DNA of 64,000 nucleotides from Macrostomum hystrix (Eukaryota; Animalia; Platyhelminthes): the NCBI GenBank assembly GCA_950097015.1, contig CATNEN010000029.1, positions 4,526,001 through 4,590,000 of the forward strand, in the 5' to 3' direction. This document shows positions 1-13,358 of the stretch, piece by piece; position 1 is the stretch's first letter, and each line of letters begins with the position of its first letter. The notes beneath the pieces are model-generated. The model had not been told where the DNA came from. It made no database searches and worked only from the letters and a program-made list of their open reading frames with translations. The position numbers and the translations under genes are program-made.

Positions 1-3000
1 AGTTTGATGTTCAGGTCTAGTAAGTTTGATGTTCAGGTCTACTAAGTTTGATGTTCAGGTCTAATAAGTTTTAGGTTCAGATCTACTAAGTTTGATGTTC
101 AGGTCTACTAAGTTTGATGTTCAGGTCTACTAAGTTTGATGTTCAGGTCTACTAAGTTTGATGTTCAGGTCTACTAAGTTTGATGTTCAGGTCTACTAAG
201 TTTTAGGTTCAGGTCTACTAAGTTTGATGTTCAGGTCTACTAAGTTTGATGTTCAGATCTACTAAGTTTGATGTTCAGGTCTACTAAGTTTGATGTTCAG
301 GTCTACTAAGTTTGATGTTCAGGTCTACTAAGTTTTAGGTTCAGGTCTACTAAGTTTGATGTTCAGGTCTACTAAGTTTTAGGTTCAGATCTACTAAGAT
401 TGATGTTCAGGTCTACTAAGTTTGATGTTCAGGTCTACTAAGTTTGATGTTCAGGTCTACTAAGTTTTAGGTTCAGGTCTACTAAGTTTGATGTTCAGGT
501 CTACTAAGTTTTAGGTTCAGATCTACTAAGTTTGATGTTCAGGTCTACTAAGTTTTAGGTTCAGATCTACTAAGATTTAGGTTCAGGTCTACTAAGTTTG
601 ATGTTCAGGTCTACTAAGTTTGATGTTCAGGTCTACTAAGTTTGATGTTCAGGTCTACTAAGTTTGATGTTCAGGTCTACTAAGTTTGATGTTCAGGTCT
701 ACTAAGTTTTAGGTTCAGGTCTACTAAGTTTGATGTTCAGGTCTACTAAGTTTTAGGTTTAGATCTACTAAGTTTGATGTTCAGGTCTACTAAGTTTTAG
801 GTTCAGATCTACTAAGATTTAGGTTCAGGTTCTACTAAGTTTGATGTTCAGGTCTACTAAGTTTGATGTTCAGGTCTACTAAGTTTTAGGTTCAGGTCTA
901 CTAAGTTTGATGTTCAGGTCTACTAAGTTTGATGTTCAGGTCTACTAAGTTTTAGGTTCAGGTCTACTAAGTTTGATGTTCAGGTCTACTAAGTTTTAGG
1001 TTCAGATCTACTAAGTTTGATGTTCAGGTCTACTAAGTTTAGGTTCAGATCTACTAAGATTTAGGTTCAGGTCTACTAAGTTTGATGTTCAGGTCTACTA
1101 AGTTTGATGTTCAGGTCTACTAAGTTTGATGTTCAGGTCTACTAAGTTTGATGTTTCAGGTCTACTAAGTTTGATGTTCAGGTCTACTAAGTTTTAGGTT
1201 CAGGTCTAGTAAGTTTGATGTTCAGGTCTACTAAGTTTGATGTTCAGGTCTAGTAAGTTTGATGTTCAGGTCTACTAAGTTTGATGTTCAGGTCTACTAA
1301 GTTTGATGTTCAGGTCTAGTAAGTTTGATGTTCAGGTCTAATAAGTTTTAGGTTCAGATCTACTAAGTTTGATCTTCAGATCTACTAAGTTTGATGTTCA
1401 GATCTACTAAGTTTGATGTTCAGGTCTACTAAGTTTGATGTTCAGGTCTACTAAGTTTGATGTTCAGGTCTACTAAGTTTGATGTTCAGGTCTACTAAGT
1501 TTGATGTTCAGGTCTACTAAGTTTGATGTTCAGGTCTACTAAGTTTTAGGTTCAGATCTACTAAGTTTTAGGTTCAGGTCTACTAAGTTTTAGGTTCAGA
1601 TCTACTAAGTTTTAGGTTCAGATCTACTAAGTTTGATGTTCAGGTCTACTAAGTTTGATGTTCAGGTCTACTAAGTTTGATGTTCAGGTCTACTAAGTTT
1701 GATGTTCAGGTCTAGTAAGTTTGATGTTCAGGTCTACTAAGTTTGATGTTCAGGTCTAATAAGTTTTAGGTTCAGATCTACTAAGTTTGATGTTCAGGTC
1801 TACTAAGTTTGATGTTCAGGTCTACTAAGTTTGATGTTCAGGTCTACTAAGTTTGATGTTCAGGTCTACTAAGTTTGATGTTCAGGTCTACTAAGTTTTA
1901 GGTTCAGGTCTACTAAGTTTGATGTTCAGGTCTACTAAGTTTGATGTTCAGATCTACTAAGTTTGATGTTCAGGTCTACTAAGTTTGATGTTCAGGTCTA
2001 CTAAGTTTGATGTTCAGGTCTACTAAGTTTTAGGTTCAGGTCTACTAAGTTTGATGTTCAGGTCTACTAAGTTTTAGGTTCAGATCTACTAAGATTGATG
2101 TTCAGGTCTACTAAGTTTGATGTTCAGGTCTACTAAGTTTGATGTTCAGGTCTACTAAGTTTTAGGTTCAGGTCTACTAAGTTTGATGTTCAGGTCTACT
2201 AAGTTTTAGGTTCAGATCTACTAAGTTTGATGTTCAGGTCTACTAAGTTTTAGGTTCAGATCTACTAAGATTTAGGTTCAGGTCTACTAAGTTTGATGTT
2301 CAGGTCTACTAAGTTTGATGTTCAGGTCTACTAAGTTTGATGTTCAGGTCTACTAAGTTTGATGTTCAGGTCTACTAAGTTTGATGTTCAGGTCTACTAA
2401 GTTTGATGTTCAGGTCTACTAAGTTTGATGTTCAGGTCTACTAAGTTTTAGGTTCAGATCTACTAAGTTTGATGTTCAGGTCTACTAAGTTTTAGGTTCA
2501 GATCTACTAAGATTTAGGTTCGGGTCTACTAAGTTTGATGTTCAGGTCTACTAAGTTTGATGTTCAGGTCTACTAAGTTTTAGGTTCAGGTCTACTAAGT
2601 TTGATGTTCAGGTCTACTAAGTTTGATGTTCAGGTCTACTAAGTTTTAGGTTCAGGTCTACTAAGTTTGATGTTCAGGTCTACTAAGTTTTAGGTTCAGA
2701 TCTACTAAGTTTGATGTTCAGGTCTACTAAGTTTTAGGTTCAGATCTACTAAGATTTAGGTTCAGGTCTACTAAGTTTGATGTTCAGGTCTACTAAGTTT
2801 GATGTTCAGGTCTACTAAGTTTGATGTTCAGGTCTACTAAGTTTGATGTTCAGGTCTACTAAGTTTGATGTTCAGATCTACTAAGTTTTAGGTTCAGGTC
2901 TACTAAGTTTGATGTTCAGGTCTACTAAGTTTGATGTTCAGGTCTACTAAGTTTGATGTTCAGGTCTACTAAGTTTGATGTTCAGATCTACTAAGTTTGA

Positions 3001-3405
3001 TGTTCAGGTCTACTAAGTTTTAGGTTCAGATCTACTAAGTTTTAGGTTCAGGTCTACTAAGTTTGATGTTCAGGTCTACTAAGTTTTAGGTTCAGGTCTA
3101 CTAAGTTTGATGTTCAGGTCTACTAAGTTTGATGTTCAGGTCTACTAAGTTTTAGGTTCAGGTCTACTAAGTTTGATGTTCAGGTCTACTAAGTTTTAGG
3201 TTCAGGTCTACTAAGATTTAGGTTCAGGTCTACTAAGATTTAGGTTCAGGTCTACTAAGTTTGATGTTCAGGTCTAATAAGTTTTAGGTTCAGGTCTAAT
3301 AAGTTTTAGGTTCAGGTCTACTAAGATTTAGGTTGAGGTCTACTAAGTTTTAGGTTCAGGTCTACTAAGATTTAGGTTGAGGTCTACTAAGTTTTAGGTT
3401 CAGGT
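1..3405. repeat. 22-bp tandem array (AAGTTTGATGTTCAGGTCTACT, with variant AAGTTTTAGGTTCAGATCTACT); runs off the window start
   Basis: Unit read directly; two interspersed variant types. Confidence 0.97.
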
Positions 3406-4454
3406 GTAATACAAAAAAATCGTGATTTTAGTCGCAATTTTGTTCGCAATAACAAAAAACCTGATTCAGTCATTCTCACAAACTCTGTGTTTGCGTTTGA
3501 ATTTGTTTTTTCTACATTTTTTGCTTTTTTAGTGTAACCTCAAGATCAGGTTCATTGTATGCGGAACGTTTGTTATCAGAGATGTTTTATCAGTAATAAT
3601 GATACTAAATCAGTTATAGTATGAAAAAATCTCTTGCCTATTGTATTGTGTCTATTTAGATTGGAATAATTTCAGAGTTAATTAATCTATTGTTAATCTG
3701 TTTCACTATTGATAACTAATTAATTCTTAGTTTTTTTCTTGCTCATTTGTATTTTTGTTATTTGTTCTAAACAGTTACCAGCCTTCCGATTGCATTCCTG
3801 ATTGAATCTTTTTTCAGGCGCTGTCACTGACCATTCGTTCAATTTTGCTTTCGGTATTGCCGAAGTTTGAAGTTCAATTTATTCAATTTGAGCAGAGTAT
3901 ACAAGTACAAAGTAACGATATTAACGTTTTTTAACTAGCTTAGCATAGCTAAGCTAATTAGTTAATCGTGAAAAAAGTAACGATTAACTCTTTGAAGTAT
4001 TTTTTCTTATCTAAAATTAGTTGATTATTGAGTCCATTCCAGATTTGATCTCTGTATTATGGACTTTTACTAACCACTATCTGCAACTCTCTAGCCTGAG
4101 TCCTTCCAGTTTGAAGGAGAGCTAGCACTATATACATTTTTTAGTTTCATTGACTGATCTGCCACTTGTAAATACATTTTTCATTGTTTTTCTCTATCAT
4201 TGTGTATGCATATTGCAGTGATTCTACAATGAAATATAATTATTCAAGCGCGGTCAAAGTTGTAAAAGAGATTTTGCTCCGTTATCTCGTCATATTCAAA
4301 GTAAAAAATATCTCCATAATTTGTACTTTTAGCAACTGTCCATCTCATTTGGAACTGTGACATAAATTTCTAGATTTTATTAGAAACCATACTAATATGT
4401 CAACCCCCTTTCTGTCTACATATCCTTGTATCTCGGAGTGTCACTCTAAAAAAT

Positions 4455-5135
4455 GACATTGTGGAAGAGACACTCAGAAAATTACATTTGGAAATGACAC
4501 TCAGAAAATTACATTTGGAAATGACACTCAGAAAATGACATTTGGATATGACACTCAGAAAATGACATTTGAAAATGACACTCAGAAAATGACATTTGAA
4601 AATGACACTCAGAAAATGACATTTGAAATGACACTCAGACCGATACATTTGGATATGACACTCAGAAAATGACATTTGAAAATGACACTCAGACCGGTAC
4701 ATTTGGATATGACACTCAGAAAATGACATTTGAAAATGACACTCAGACCGATACATTTGAAAATGACACTCAGAAAATGACATTTGAAAATGACACTCAG
4801 AAAATGACATTTGAAAATGACACTCAGAAAATGACATTTGAAAATGACACTCAGAAAATGACATTTGGAAATGACACTCAGAAAATGACATTTGAAAATG
4901 ACACTCAGAAAATGACATTTGAAAATGACACTCAGAAAATGACATTTGAAAATGACACTCAGAAAATGACATTTGAAAATGACACTCAGAAAATGACACT
5001 CAGAAAATTACATTTGAAAATGACACTCAGAAAATGACATTTGGAAATGACACTCAGTAAATGACATTTGGAAATGACACTCAGAAAATGACGCTCAGAC
5101 CGATAAATTTGGAAATGATACTCAGAAAATTTCAT
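4455..5135. repeat. 27-bp tandem array (GAAAATGACACTCAGAAAATGACATTT)
   Basis: Direct; explains the 9-aa periodic ORFs at 4400-5037. Confidence 0.95.
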
Positions 5136-5924
5136 TATGGAAAAAAACTCCCCATGCAAATTAATTTTTGAAATGACAACGAGGGAAGACGTCTTGGAAG
5201 TATCACTCAAAGGACTGAGCAATATGCTCATAAATAAAACCATTCTTAATGGCCATTGCATGATTGGCAAGTACAGAATAAGTTTACTCAAATCCGCCCT
5301 TCTTGATGCACTTTTACAAAATGCAGCTGCGTGGGCGGGGGAGAATATTTTCGGTGCCTTGGATTTCTGCGAAATGGCCTCTATATCTTAAGTATCTCTA
5401 GGATAATGTAGCTGGTCTTGATCCCCAGTTAAGCGTGTCATTGCGAAGACTAGTGACACCCCGTTCGAAAATGTCTCCACGCGGTGTCAAAACTGTTCCG
5501 ATGCCAATAGAAAGTTCAAAGACAAAAGGACAGGCCAGAAATTCCTGATCCCCAGCTAGGAATTCAGTTGGGATCAGAGGAAAAAAATGACCGAGTCAGT
5601 TGGTGGATGTGCGGGAGAAAAAGGGGCAGGAATTTTCCGCCCCTGGCAACAGTTGCTGCTCAATTATCTTTTCGCCATCTGTGCCAAATGTTTCCAGCTA
5701 GAATAACACCTTCGTTTACATAAGCGCATTGGTCTGCTCTGTTTCTTGCTTCTAGCCAAAACAATTGTTGGCGATGAGAGGTGAAATTTTCTTCACAAGC
5801 CTTCTGTAATTTCACTAAGCGGTTGCAGATTTTCTATGCCTTGCTATTTCTTCCTTCAATTATTTGCTGTATGCTGAGCAAATGCACTCCTAGGCTCATT
5901 AATTTATTGTTTTCGTTGAATCCC

Positions 5925-6850
5925 ACCCGCTTCCCATCTCCCGTCTAACAATCTCCCAATCTACCCATCTCCAAATCTCACCGTCACCCGATCTCCCCGC
6001 CTCCCAATCTCTTCGCCTCACAATCTCCCAACCTCCCAATCTACCCGCTTCCCATCTCCCGTCTAACAATCTCCCAATCTACCCACCTCCCAATCTCACC
6101 GTCACCCGATCTCCCCGCCTCCCAATCTCTTCGCCTCACAATCTCCCAACCTCCCAATCTACCCGCCTCCCAATCTCCCCGCCTCCCAATCTCTTCGCCT
6201 CACAATCTCCCAACCTCCCAATCTACCCGCCTCCCAATCTCCCCACCTCCCAATCTCCCCACCTCCCAATCTCCCCACCTCCCAATCTCCCCACCTCCCA
6301 ATCTCCCCACCTCCCAATCTCCCCACCTCCCAATCTACCCGCCTCCCAATCTCCCCACCTCCCAATCTCCCCACCTCCCAATCTCCCCACCTCCCAATCT
6401 CCCCACCTCCCAAATCTCCCCACCTCCCAATCTCCCCACCTCCCAATCTACCCGCCTCCCAATCTACCCGCCTCCCAATCTCCCCGCCTCCCAATCTCCC
6501 CACCTCCCAATCTCCCCACCTCCCAATCTCCCCACCTCCCAATCTCCCCACCTCCCAATCTCCCCACCTCCCAATCTCCCCACCTCCCAATCTCCCCACC
6601 TCCCAATCTCCCCACCTCCCAATCTCCCCACCTCCCAATCTCCCCACCTCCCAATCTCCCCACCTCCCAATCTCCCCACCTCCCAATCTCCCCACCTCCC
6701 AATCTACCCGCCTCCCAATCTACCCGCCTCCCAATCTCCCCACCTCCCAATCTACCCGCCTCCCAATCTCCCCACCTCCCAATCTCCCTGTCTCCCAATA
6801 TCCCGATCTCCCTGTCTCCTAATCTGCCCTTCCCCCAATCTCCCCACCTC
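5925..6850. repeat. 16-bp C-rich tandem array (CTCCCAATCTCCCCAC)
   Basis: Direct; degenerate edges. Confidence 0.95.
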
Positions 6851-7371
6851 CATGTCTCCCCGTCTCCACATCTCCTCAACTCCGAATATTCCCATTTAAC
6901 AATCTCCTAATCTCGCTATCTCTTCATCCCCAACGTCAAAATCTCCTCATCACTCAATTGCCCGATCTTGTTTTTGTCACTTTTTACTCTTAGTTTCTCT
7001 TTATCTCTCTGTATCTTCTAACTTCTTCCTTTAGTTTATTCTCTCTCCCACTACATAAGTGCTGTCGAATAAGCATTAATCAATCCTTAAAATGAATGTT
7101 TGAGTCAGACTGCGTCAATTTAGCTTGCTTTCTGACTGTCTAGATTGTGAACTTATCATCAGTTAATAAAATCGTGATTAATCAACTAATGCGCTTCGTT
7201 TAATTTCGAGTACTTCACGAACTATGTATGGCCTGGGCTCTGTCGGTGATTACGTAAATTTTATTTCTACTAGAAATTGTGTAGGCGGACAGGTATCAAT
7301 CTTCACCCACCCATTCTATTCTAGAACTCACCCATGCGAAGATTGTATCAAATTTGCATCAATTCTGCCCA

Positions 7372-7532
7372 TTTTGCTGACTCCTGAGCACAAACTCACA
7401 CAGGTGTGTACATCTGCCCTGACTTTCTCATCGTCAGACAGTGTACACTCTCACTGTGCCTTGGAGGTTGGCCTTCAAGGGCGTAAATTGCACGACAAGC
7501 CACCAAGCCTTCCCTCCGCGGCTGCGCCCCAA
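7372..7532 (-). mobile_element. SINE family A copy lacking the tRNA head
   Basis: Near-identical to 9040-9250 over the hairpin and CCCCAAATGAATG segments. Confidence 0.75.
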
Positions 7533-7900
7533 ATGAATGATAAATAAATTTTCCGTGAGCTAAGATTGGAAGTTAATTAAATGATTAAGTTTCTCATTGC
7601 AAAATAGTGCAGTGCCCCTCCATAGATTTAGTCTCTAATTCAGTGCACTAAATGCAGCTAATAAGTTGACACTTATAGCAATGGCATATTCTATCAATCC
7701 AAGTTAGAAAGAAGATTTCGGGTGACCAAAGCAGGAATTGGGATATTGCGGCCTAGCTGCATCTTGCTATAGTGGGCTAGAAATGGTTGCTAACTTCCCG
7801 CATCTGCTTACTCCTCATTCCCTGCTGGACACACACGCAGATCCTGATAGTTTTCATACCTGCGTCTGGATAGCAGCTAAGCGCTAAGACCCACCACTAT

Positions 7901-8118
7901 TCAAAAGATTACGCACGGGATGGGATTCGGTGCGCAGTCCAGTTTCTGGGATTCCTCTTGCGCTGAGGGGTCTCGGCTTCTTGTCTTGTTGTCCGTGGCC
8001 TGGCGGGCTGGCGGGCTGGGAGGGCGAGTGGGTGAGAGGTCGTTGGCGAGGCGGTGTCGAAGGAGTGCTAGACCCCCCCCCAGGCAGGCGGCTGGCAGCT
8101 GACGCTGCAACTTTTGAC

Positions 8119-8154
<36 letters not shown>

Positions 8155-8161
8155 CTGCTTG
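7901..8161 (-). CDS. Possible terminal exon (QAEAAAAA...CAPNPIPCVIF*) ending in a CaaX-like motif
   Basis: CTAAC...CCAG acceptor in phase 0, C-ending codons, ends CVIF-stop; upstream exons not identified. Confidence 0.3.
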
Positions 8162-8333
8162 CTGGATTTGTTAGTCCGCTCTGGCCATGCCATTGCCTAG
8201 CTAGATCTGATGGTGATCGCTTATTCCTATTGGTTGAGAGAATTCTTTATAAGCTGGCCTGCATTGCTGCGATTCTATTCACTGACAGCACACGACACCT
8301 GCATTGTTCTACTAAATTAATAACTTCAATCAG

Positions 8334-8523
8334 TACAATGCACAGCCTCATTAAGAAGGCTGTGTACTCGCAGCGACAAGTCGGCGGCAGCGGCGGCAGC
8401 GGTGGCAGCGGTGGAGCCGACGGCGGCGACAGCTGTTTCGAGGACTCCTGCGACTCCGGCTCCGTTGGCACACTGGGAGCTGCGACCGCAGCCAACACTG
8501 GCAAGAACTTGTTTGACGAGTGA
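8334..8523 (+). CDS. Possible terminal exon (TMHSLIKKAVYSQRQVGGSGG...NTGKNLFDE*)
   Basis: AT-rich tract ending CAG, GC3-rich codons, TGA, then AATAAA near 8585; upstream exons not identified. Confidence 0.4.
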
Positions 8524-9039
8524 GTGTTGATTGATTGATTGATTGATTGATTTGTGTCGGGTGTTGCGCCTTATTGTTATAAAAAATAAATAATTGTTAT
8601 TTTTTTCCCGAGATCCCAAAAAAGCATATTTATTACCGCTATTCCAATCAAGGTTGTTTCCCGGTCGCAGGTAAGCGAATCGCAATGCACTATTGTGTTG
8701 TCTGCTATTTAGACTTTTGTATTTGGCATTCTTTAGTCCAGCCTGGCTAAAGTCTATGGATGTAGCTACCTGGATAGGTAGATAGCCGTGTGTTTATCCT
8801 TCATCGTCCTATACTTTTGCATGTATTTTTCTATTGTACTGAAATTTTAGCTAATTGCAGACACAATGGAGTCAGTAAAGCTGCAAAAAATCATCGATAA
8901 TGTTGTTTTCTGTGCATTCTGTGCAATGCCAGGCTTATGTTGCGAGTTTAGTTTGTGCTATGTTTAATTGCTATGCTTTCCCCAGTTTCTGAAAACCTTG
9001 AAGGGTAGGCTGGTTAGCCAGCGAGGAGGCAATGCTGAC

Positions 9040-9250
9040 AATTTCGCTGACTCCTGAGCACACACTCACACAGGTGTGTACATCTGCCCTGACTTTCTCA
9101 TTGTCAGGCAGTGTACACTCTCACTGTAGGTTGGCCCCAAGCCTTCTCTCCGCGGCTGCGCCCCAAATGAATGCGGTTTCGCCGCGGAATCGAGCTCAGG
9201 GACCTTGTTGCGAGAGGCAAATGCGTGAGACCGCTCTGCCACTCACCCCA
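9040..9250 (-). mobile_element. tRNA-derived SINE family A, near full length
   Basis: On the minus strand GGGTGAGTGGCAGAG (A box) ... GCTCGATTCC (B box); homologous to 7372-7532 and 13145-13358. Confidence 0.8.
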
Positions 9251-9642
9251 CTGGTAGCATATGAAGCTTGTTACCCTTTCTACGTTGCTTGAATAATGCA
9301 TTGCGTATTTGCTAGCATCCTAATGTCCTTAATCTCCACTTTGTTGGGCTGCTAATTATTCACACAGCGGGACCCATCTCCTGCAAACTTTTAAACATTC
9401 TCCTAGGAACTTTGACGCATTTTGTGGCTTTGTCTCTGATCGATACAATAGTCAAGGGCTTTTAACACTGTTTCGCCATTTTCCACCATCTAGTACAGCG
9501 CTTTGAACGGAACTGGCTCCTCCCGTTCGATAAAAACTTTTAAATGTATCGCTTTTTTTCAAAGCTTGAAAAAGTTGTTATTAAATTTCAAAATACATGA
9601 ACCATATTGTTAATCTATCACACACAAAATCTGCTTGCATAA

Positions 9643-10340
9643 CCACATTCCACACAGTTCCCCACATCCCACACAGTTCCCACATCCTACACAGTTCCCC
9701 ACATCCCACACAGTTCCCCACATCCTACACAGTTCCCCACATCCCACACAGTTCCCCACATCCCTCACAGTTCCCCACATCCTACACAGTTCCCCACATC
9801 CCACACAGTTCCCCACATCCTACACAGTTCCCCACATCCCACACAGTTCCCCACATCCCTCACAGTTCCCCACATCCCACACAGTTTCCCACATCCTACA
9901 CAGTTCCCCACATCCCACACAGTTTCCCACATCCTACACAGTTTCCCACATCCTACACAGTTCCCCACATCCCACACAGTTCCCCACATCCCTCACAGTT
10001 CCCCACATCCTACACAGTTCCCCACATCCCACACAGTTCCCCACATCCCACACAGTTCCCCACATCCCACACAGTTCCCCACATCCCTCACAGTTCCCCA
10101 CATCCAACACAGTTCCCCACTTCCCTCACAGTTTCCCACATCCCACACAGTTCCCACATCCCACACAGTTCCCCACACCCCACACAGTTCCCCATATCCC
10201 ACACAGTTCCCCACATCCCACACAGTTCCCCACATCCCACACAGTTTCCCATATCCCAAACTGTTCGCCATACCCCACACTGTTCGCCATATCCCACACT
10301 GTTCGCCATATCCCACACTGTTCGCCATATCCCACACTGT
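9643..10340. repeat. 19-bp tandem array (CACAGTTCCCCACATCCCA)
   Basis: Direct. Confidence 0.95.
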
Positions 10341-11045
10341 CTCATTCTTTGCATATTAGTGAAGTTGAATGACAACTTGAAAAAGTGAGTTTCATTTGGG
10401 AATCGCAAATACGAGTACATATATTCTTTCCAGATGACTGCCCACACCGTCCCACAAATATCTCTAAAATTGAGTCACGGAGATTCACTTGGGAGTCACT
10501 GAGATTGAATTTTTTGTTCTATACAGAATCACTACATAGACTGATATATTTTTATAAGGTTAGCTGCATTACCTGACATGGACGAGTGCTTGGGAATGAA
10601 AATTATGTCCAGTATGAATTTCTATAGTTATAATAAATTCCAATAACTTTTTTTCTGATTATTATTTTTCGGAATAAATCAGACACTGCGATCAGATTTT
10701 CCTCATTTGCGGCCGAATCCCAAAGCTGTTAATTGCTTATCAGCCAGGCGGCAGGTGTGGCGTGATCCCCATTCTAACCTCATCTCATCCACCAGCAATG
10801 TCCAAAATTTCAGCCAAATCCATCAAACTATTAATTTCCTTTCAATCCAACGTAATAATTGTCAAATAAAATGCTTACTGCAACCAATAAAAGTACATAT
10901 GTATAGTGCACTTTTGCTTTACTTTAGTCGGCAGTAGCTTTATCAATAACAATAGTATGTACGATCGTAGGAAAGATTTTCTCGTGGCCCTTGACGAAGT
11001 TATTATAGTTTAGTTTTTTTTCGCTTCCAGTTAAGAAAAGCTGCA

Positions 11046-11480
11046 GCAGCCAGAGACTGTCTATGGTAAAACATGGCGAAACTGTGTTCAATCTAAGAAT
11101 ATCAAAAGACTGGCTGCCAGTTGCATCAGCCAGATACTGTCTATGGTAAAACATGGCGGAACTGTATTCAATCTAAGAATATCAAAAGACTGGCTGCCAG
11201 TTGCATCAGCCAGAGACTGTCTATGGTAAAACATGGCGGAACTGTGTTCAATCTAAGAATATCAAAAGACTGGCTGCCAGTTGCATCAGCCAGATACTGT
11301 CTATGGTAAAACATGGCGGAACTGTATTCAATCTAAGAATATCAAAAGACTGGCTGCCAGTTGCATCAGCCAGATACTGTCTATGGTAGAACATGGCGGA
11401 ACTGTGTTCAATCTAAGAATATCAAAAGACTGGCTGCCAGTTGCATCAGCCAGATACTGTCTATGGTAAAACATGGCGAA
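11046..11480. repeat. 80-bp tandem repeat, about 5.5 copies
   Basis: Near-identical ORFs start at 11121, 11201 and 11281 (80-bp period). Confidence 0.95.
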
Positions 11481-13144
11481 TATCAAGGTACACAGAATGG
11501 AAGGATAATGATTCACTTCTTGTCGATCCAAAAAAATTGAGAAACTTCACCAAGGAAAATTGGAAATTTTTAGTGTTTTCTTATGGATGTTTCCAGAAAG
11601 TGGATTAAAAAAGCAATTTATTTCGTCGAATGTCAGAAATTGGTGTCCTCAATAAATGATGAACTAACACGTTAATGATACAGTTAGCTAAAGCTGGACA
11701 GGAAAAATTGTTGAAAAAGATAAGCCTTTAGTGAGTTAATGATGATACAGTGGTCTGTATTCTGATCCTATTAGTTAAAGTACGCGAGCACTTGGTTTCT
11801 AGCAGCCTGCGGCGAATCCCTCACCAACTAAACCTAATAGGAGACAGCGAGTCAGATAGGCTGCAACCATCCTAAGAAATAATTGACTAAAATATTATAT
11901 TAGTTTGCCGAGCATTGAATGAAGGCGGCGGTCTTAAAGCGAGTTGCCAGGAAAGGAAATCCGCTTCGCCGGCGGCCTGGTAGGATCCCTGAATTCCCAC
12001 TATGAGAAGATAGTGAAATAGACCGACTCTGTTCATTTGAATTTGCACTAAATCTAGCCTGTCTGTGAAGCCTTTCATCGGCTCGTCATCCGTCACTATG
12101 AGGTGCTCCGTCATCTTCGTCAGCCTTAGCGGCCTTGGCTGGGGAGCCGCCACCTGATTCTCATCAGCTATATAGAATGAATTATCTCACTTTTCATGTC
12201 TCACTAAATCCTGGAAGCCTATTCTCAATCTCAGACTACAGTCTGATCCCATCGTTCGTCTTCTTCATTCTCTCTCTCTATCTCATATCTGTCTTTCTTC
12301 CTTAAGCTGTTAATTTAAAGTATTTTCTGTTAAACTTAAATTTTGCCATATAAAATCCAATTGCTTTTATTATTGGAAGTTTAATAGAATTTTTTAAGTA
12401 TGGAATCTGTTGTCTATGGTTCAAACAGTCCATCGAGCCTGAGCCCATCGAATCATTGAATGGTACCCCCGGGCAATCGGATTTCATAAGCGCCGTTTAA
12501 TTCAACGTAGTCTATGGTTTAAAAAGGCACAGACTTACAATAAATATAGTATCTGTGCTAACAACAGAATGCGAATTAAACGGCGTTTATCGTTTACATA
12601 ATATTTGGCTTACATATTTGGTCGTATTGAATTTTGCTGTAATATAATGCTTCATCTTAAAAGAAAGTTTTATGGAGTGGGGCTAAAAATCGAACTCCAG
12701 ACCTCTATGCTAAGTTTGGGAAGTTCTGGGCTAATCTTACTATCTGAATTCTTAAAATCCCAGATCTAATCTCTAGGAAAGGAATACTTATTCTACCGGA
12801 TCCAAGCAAGCGAATTAATTTGCATTACAATTCATGATAATGAACTGCTTTAGCTGCTCATTTGAGCTACTGCAATTATCTGTTCTGTAATCTACTGTTG
12901 TCAAGGCCATTTTGAATGCACTAAATTTTAGATTTCGAGAGAAGGCGCAGTTGAGAATGAACTAAAAAAGCTATTTAAATTAAGATGTAGATTAAAGTAC
13001 ATCTTAATTTGAGAAGTCATTTCCCTAGATGCTGGTTGTCAACTGATTACTGCTCAATCGTTTGACAATGTCCCGCTAAAATGCATAATATTATTTTTAT
13101 GAACTTCTATTGTCCATTCTCTTTCTAAATTAGTTTTTAGTCCA

Positions 13145-13358
13145 GTGGTTTGAGCTTCGACCCGGACGCACAGGTGTCCCCGCTTTCTCATCATCAGGCA
13201 GTGTACACTCTCACTGTACCTTGGAGGTTGGCCTTGGGGACAAGCCCCCAAGCCTTCTATCCGCGGCTGCTCCCCAAATGAATGCGGTTTCGCCGCGGAA
13301 TCGAGCCCGAGACCTTGGTGCGAGAGGCAAACGCGTTAACCACTCTGCCACTCACCCG
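13145..13358 (-). mobile_element. tRNA-derived SINE family A
   Basis: Minus strand GGGTGAGTGGCAGAGTGGTTAACGCG...GGGCTCGATTCCGCGG; body shared with the 9040-9250 copy. Confidence 0.82.

Noticed and set aside
1-3405. Telomeric or subtelomeric repeat (TTAGG inside a variant unit)
   Set aside because: TTAGG occurs only once per 22-bp variant unit and never in tandem
5137-5560. Short coding-like stretches after the 27-bp array
   Set aside because: No recognisable motif; would need a 37-nt intron; not supportable
8118-8200. Signal peptide MLLLLLLLLLLLLLAGF on the + strand
   Set aside because: Produced by a CTG microsatellite; downstream codons are not coding-like
11915-12155. GC-rich island, possibly a minus-strand exon (GGSPAKAAKADEDDGAPHSDG*)
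   Set aside because: Strand and frame are ambiguous and it cannot be linked to any gene; left unresolved
13165-13205. Hammerhead ribozyme in SINE A (CTGATGA…GAAA on the minus strand; compare Schistosoma Sm-alpha)
   Set aside because: Only 3 nt separate CUGANGA and GAAA (no stem II), and no stem III or cleavage triplet is evident
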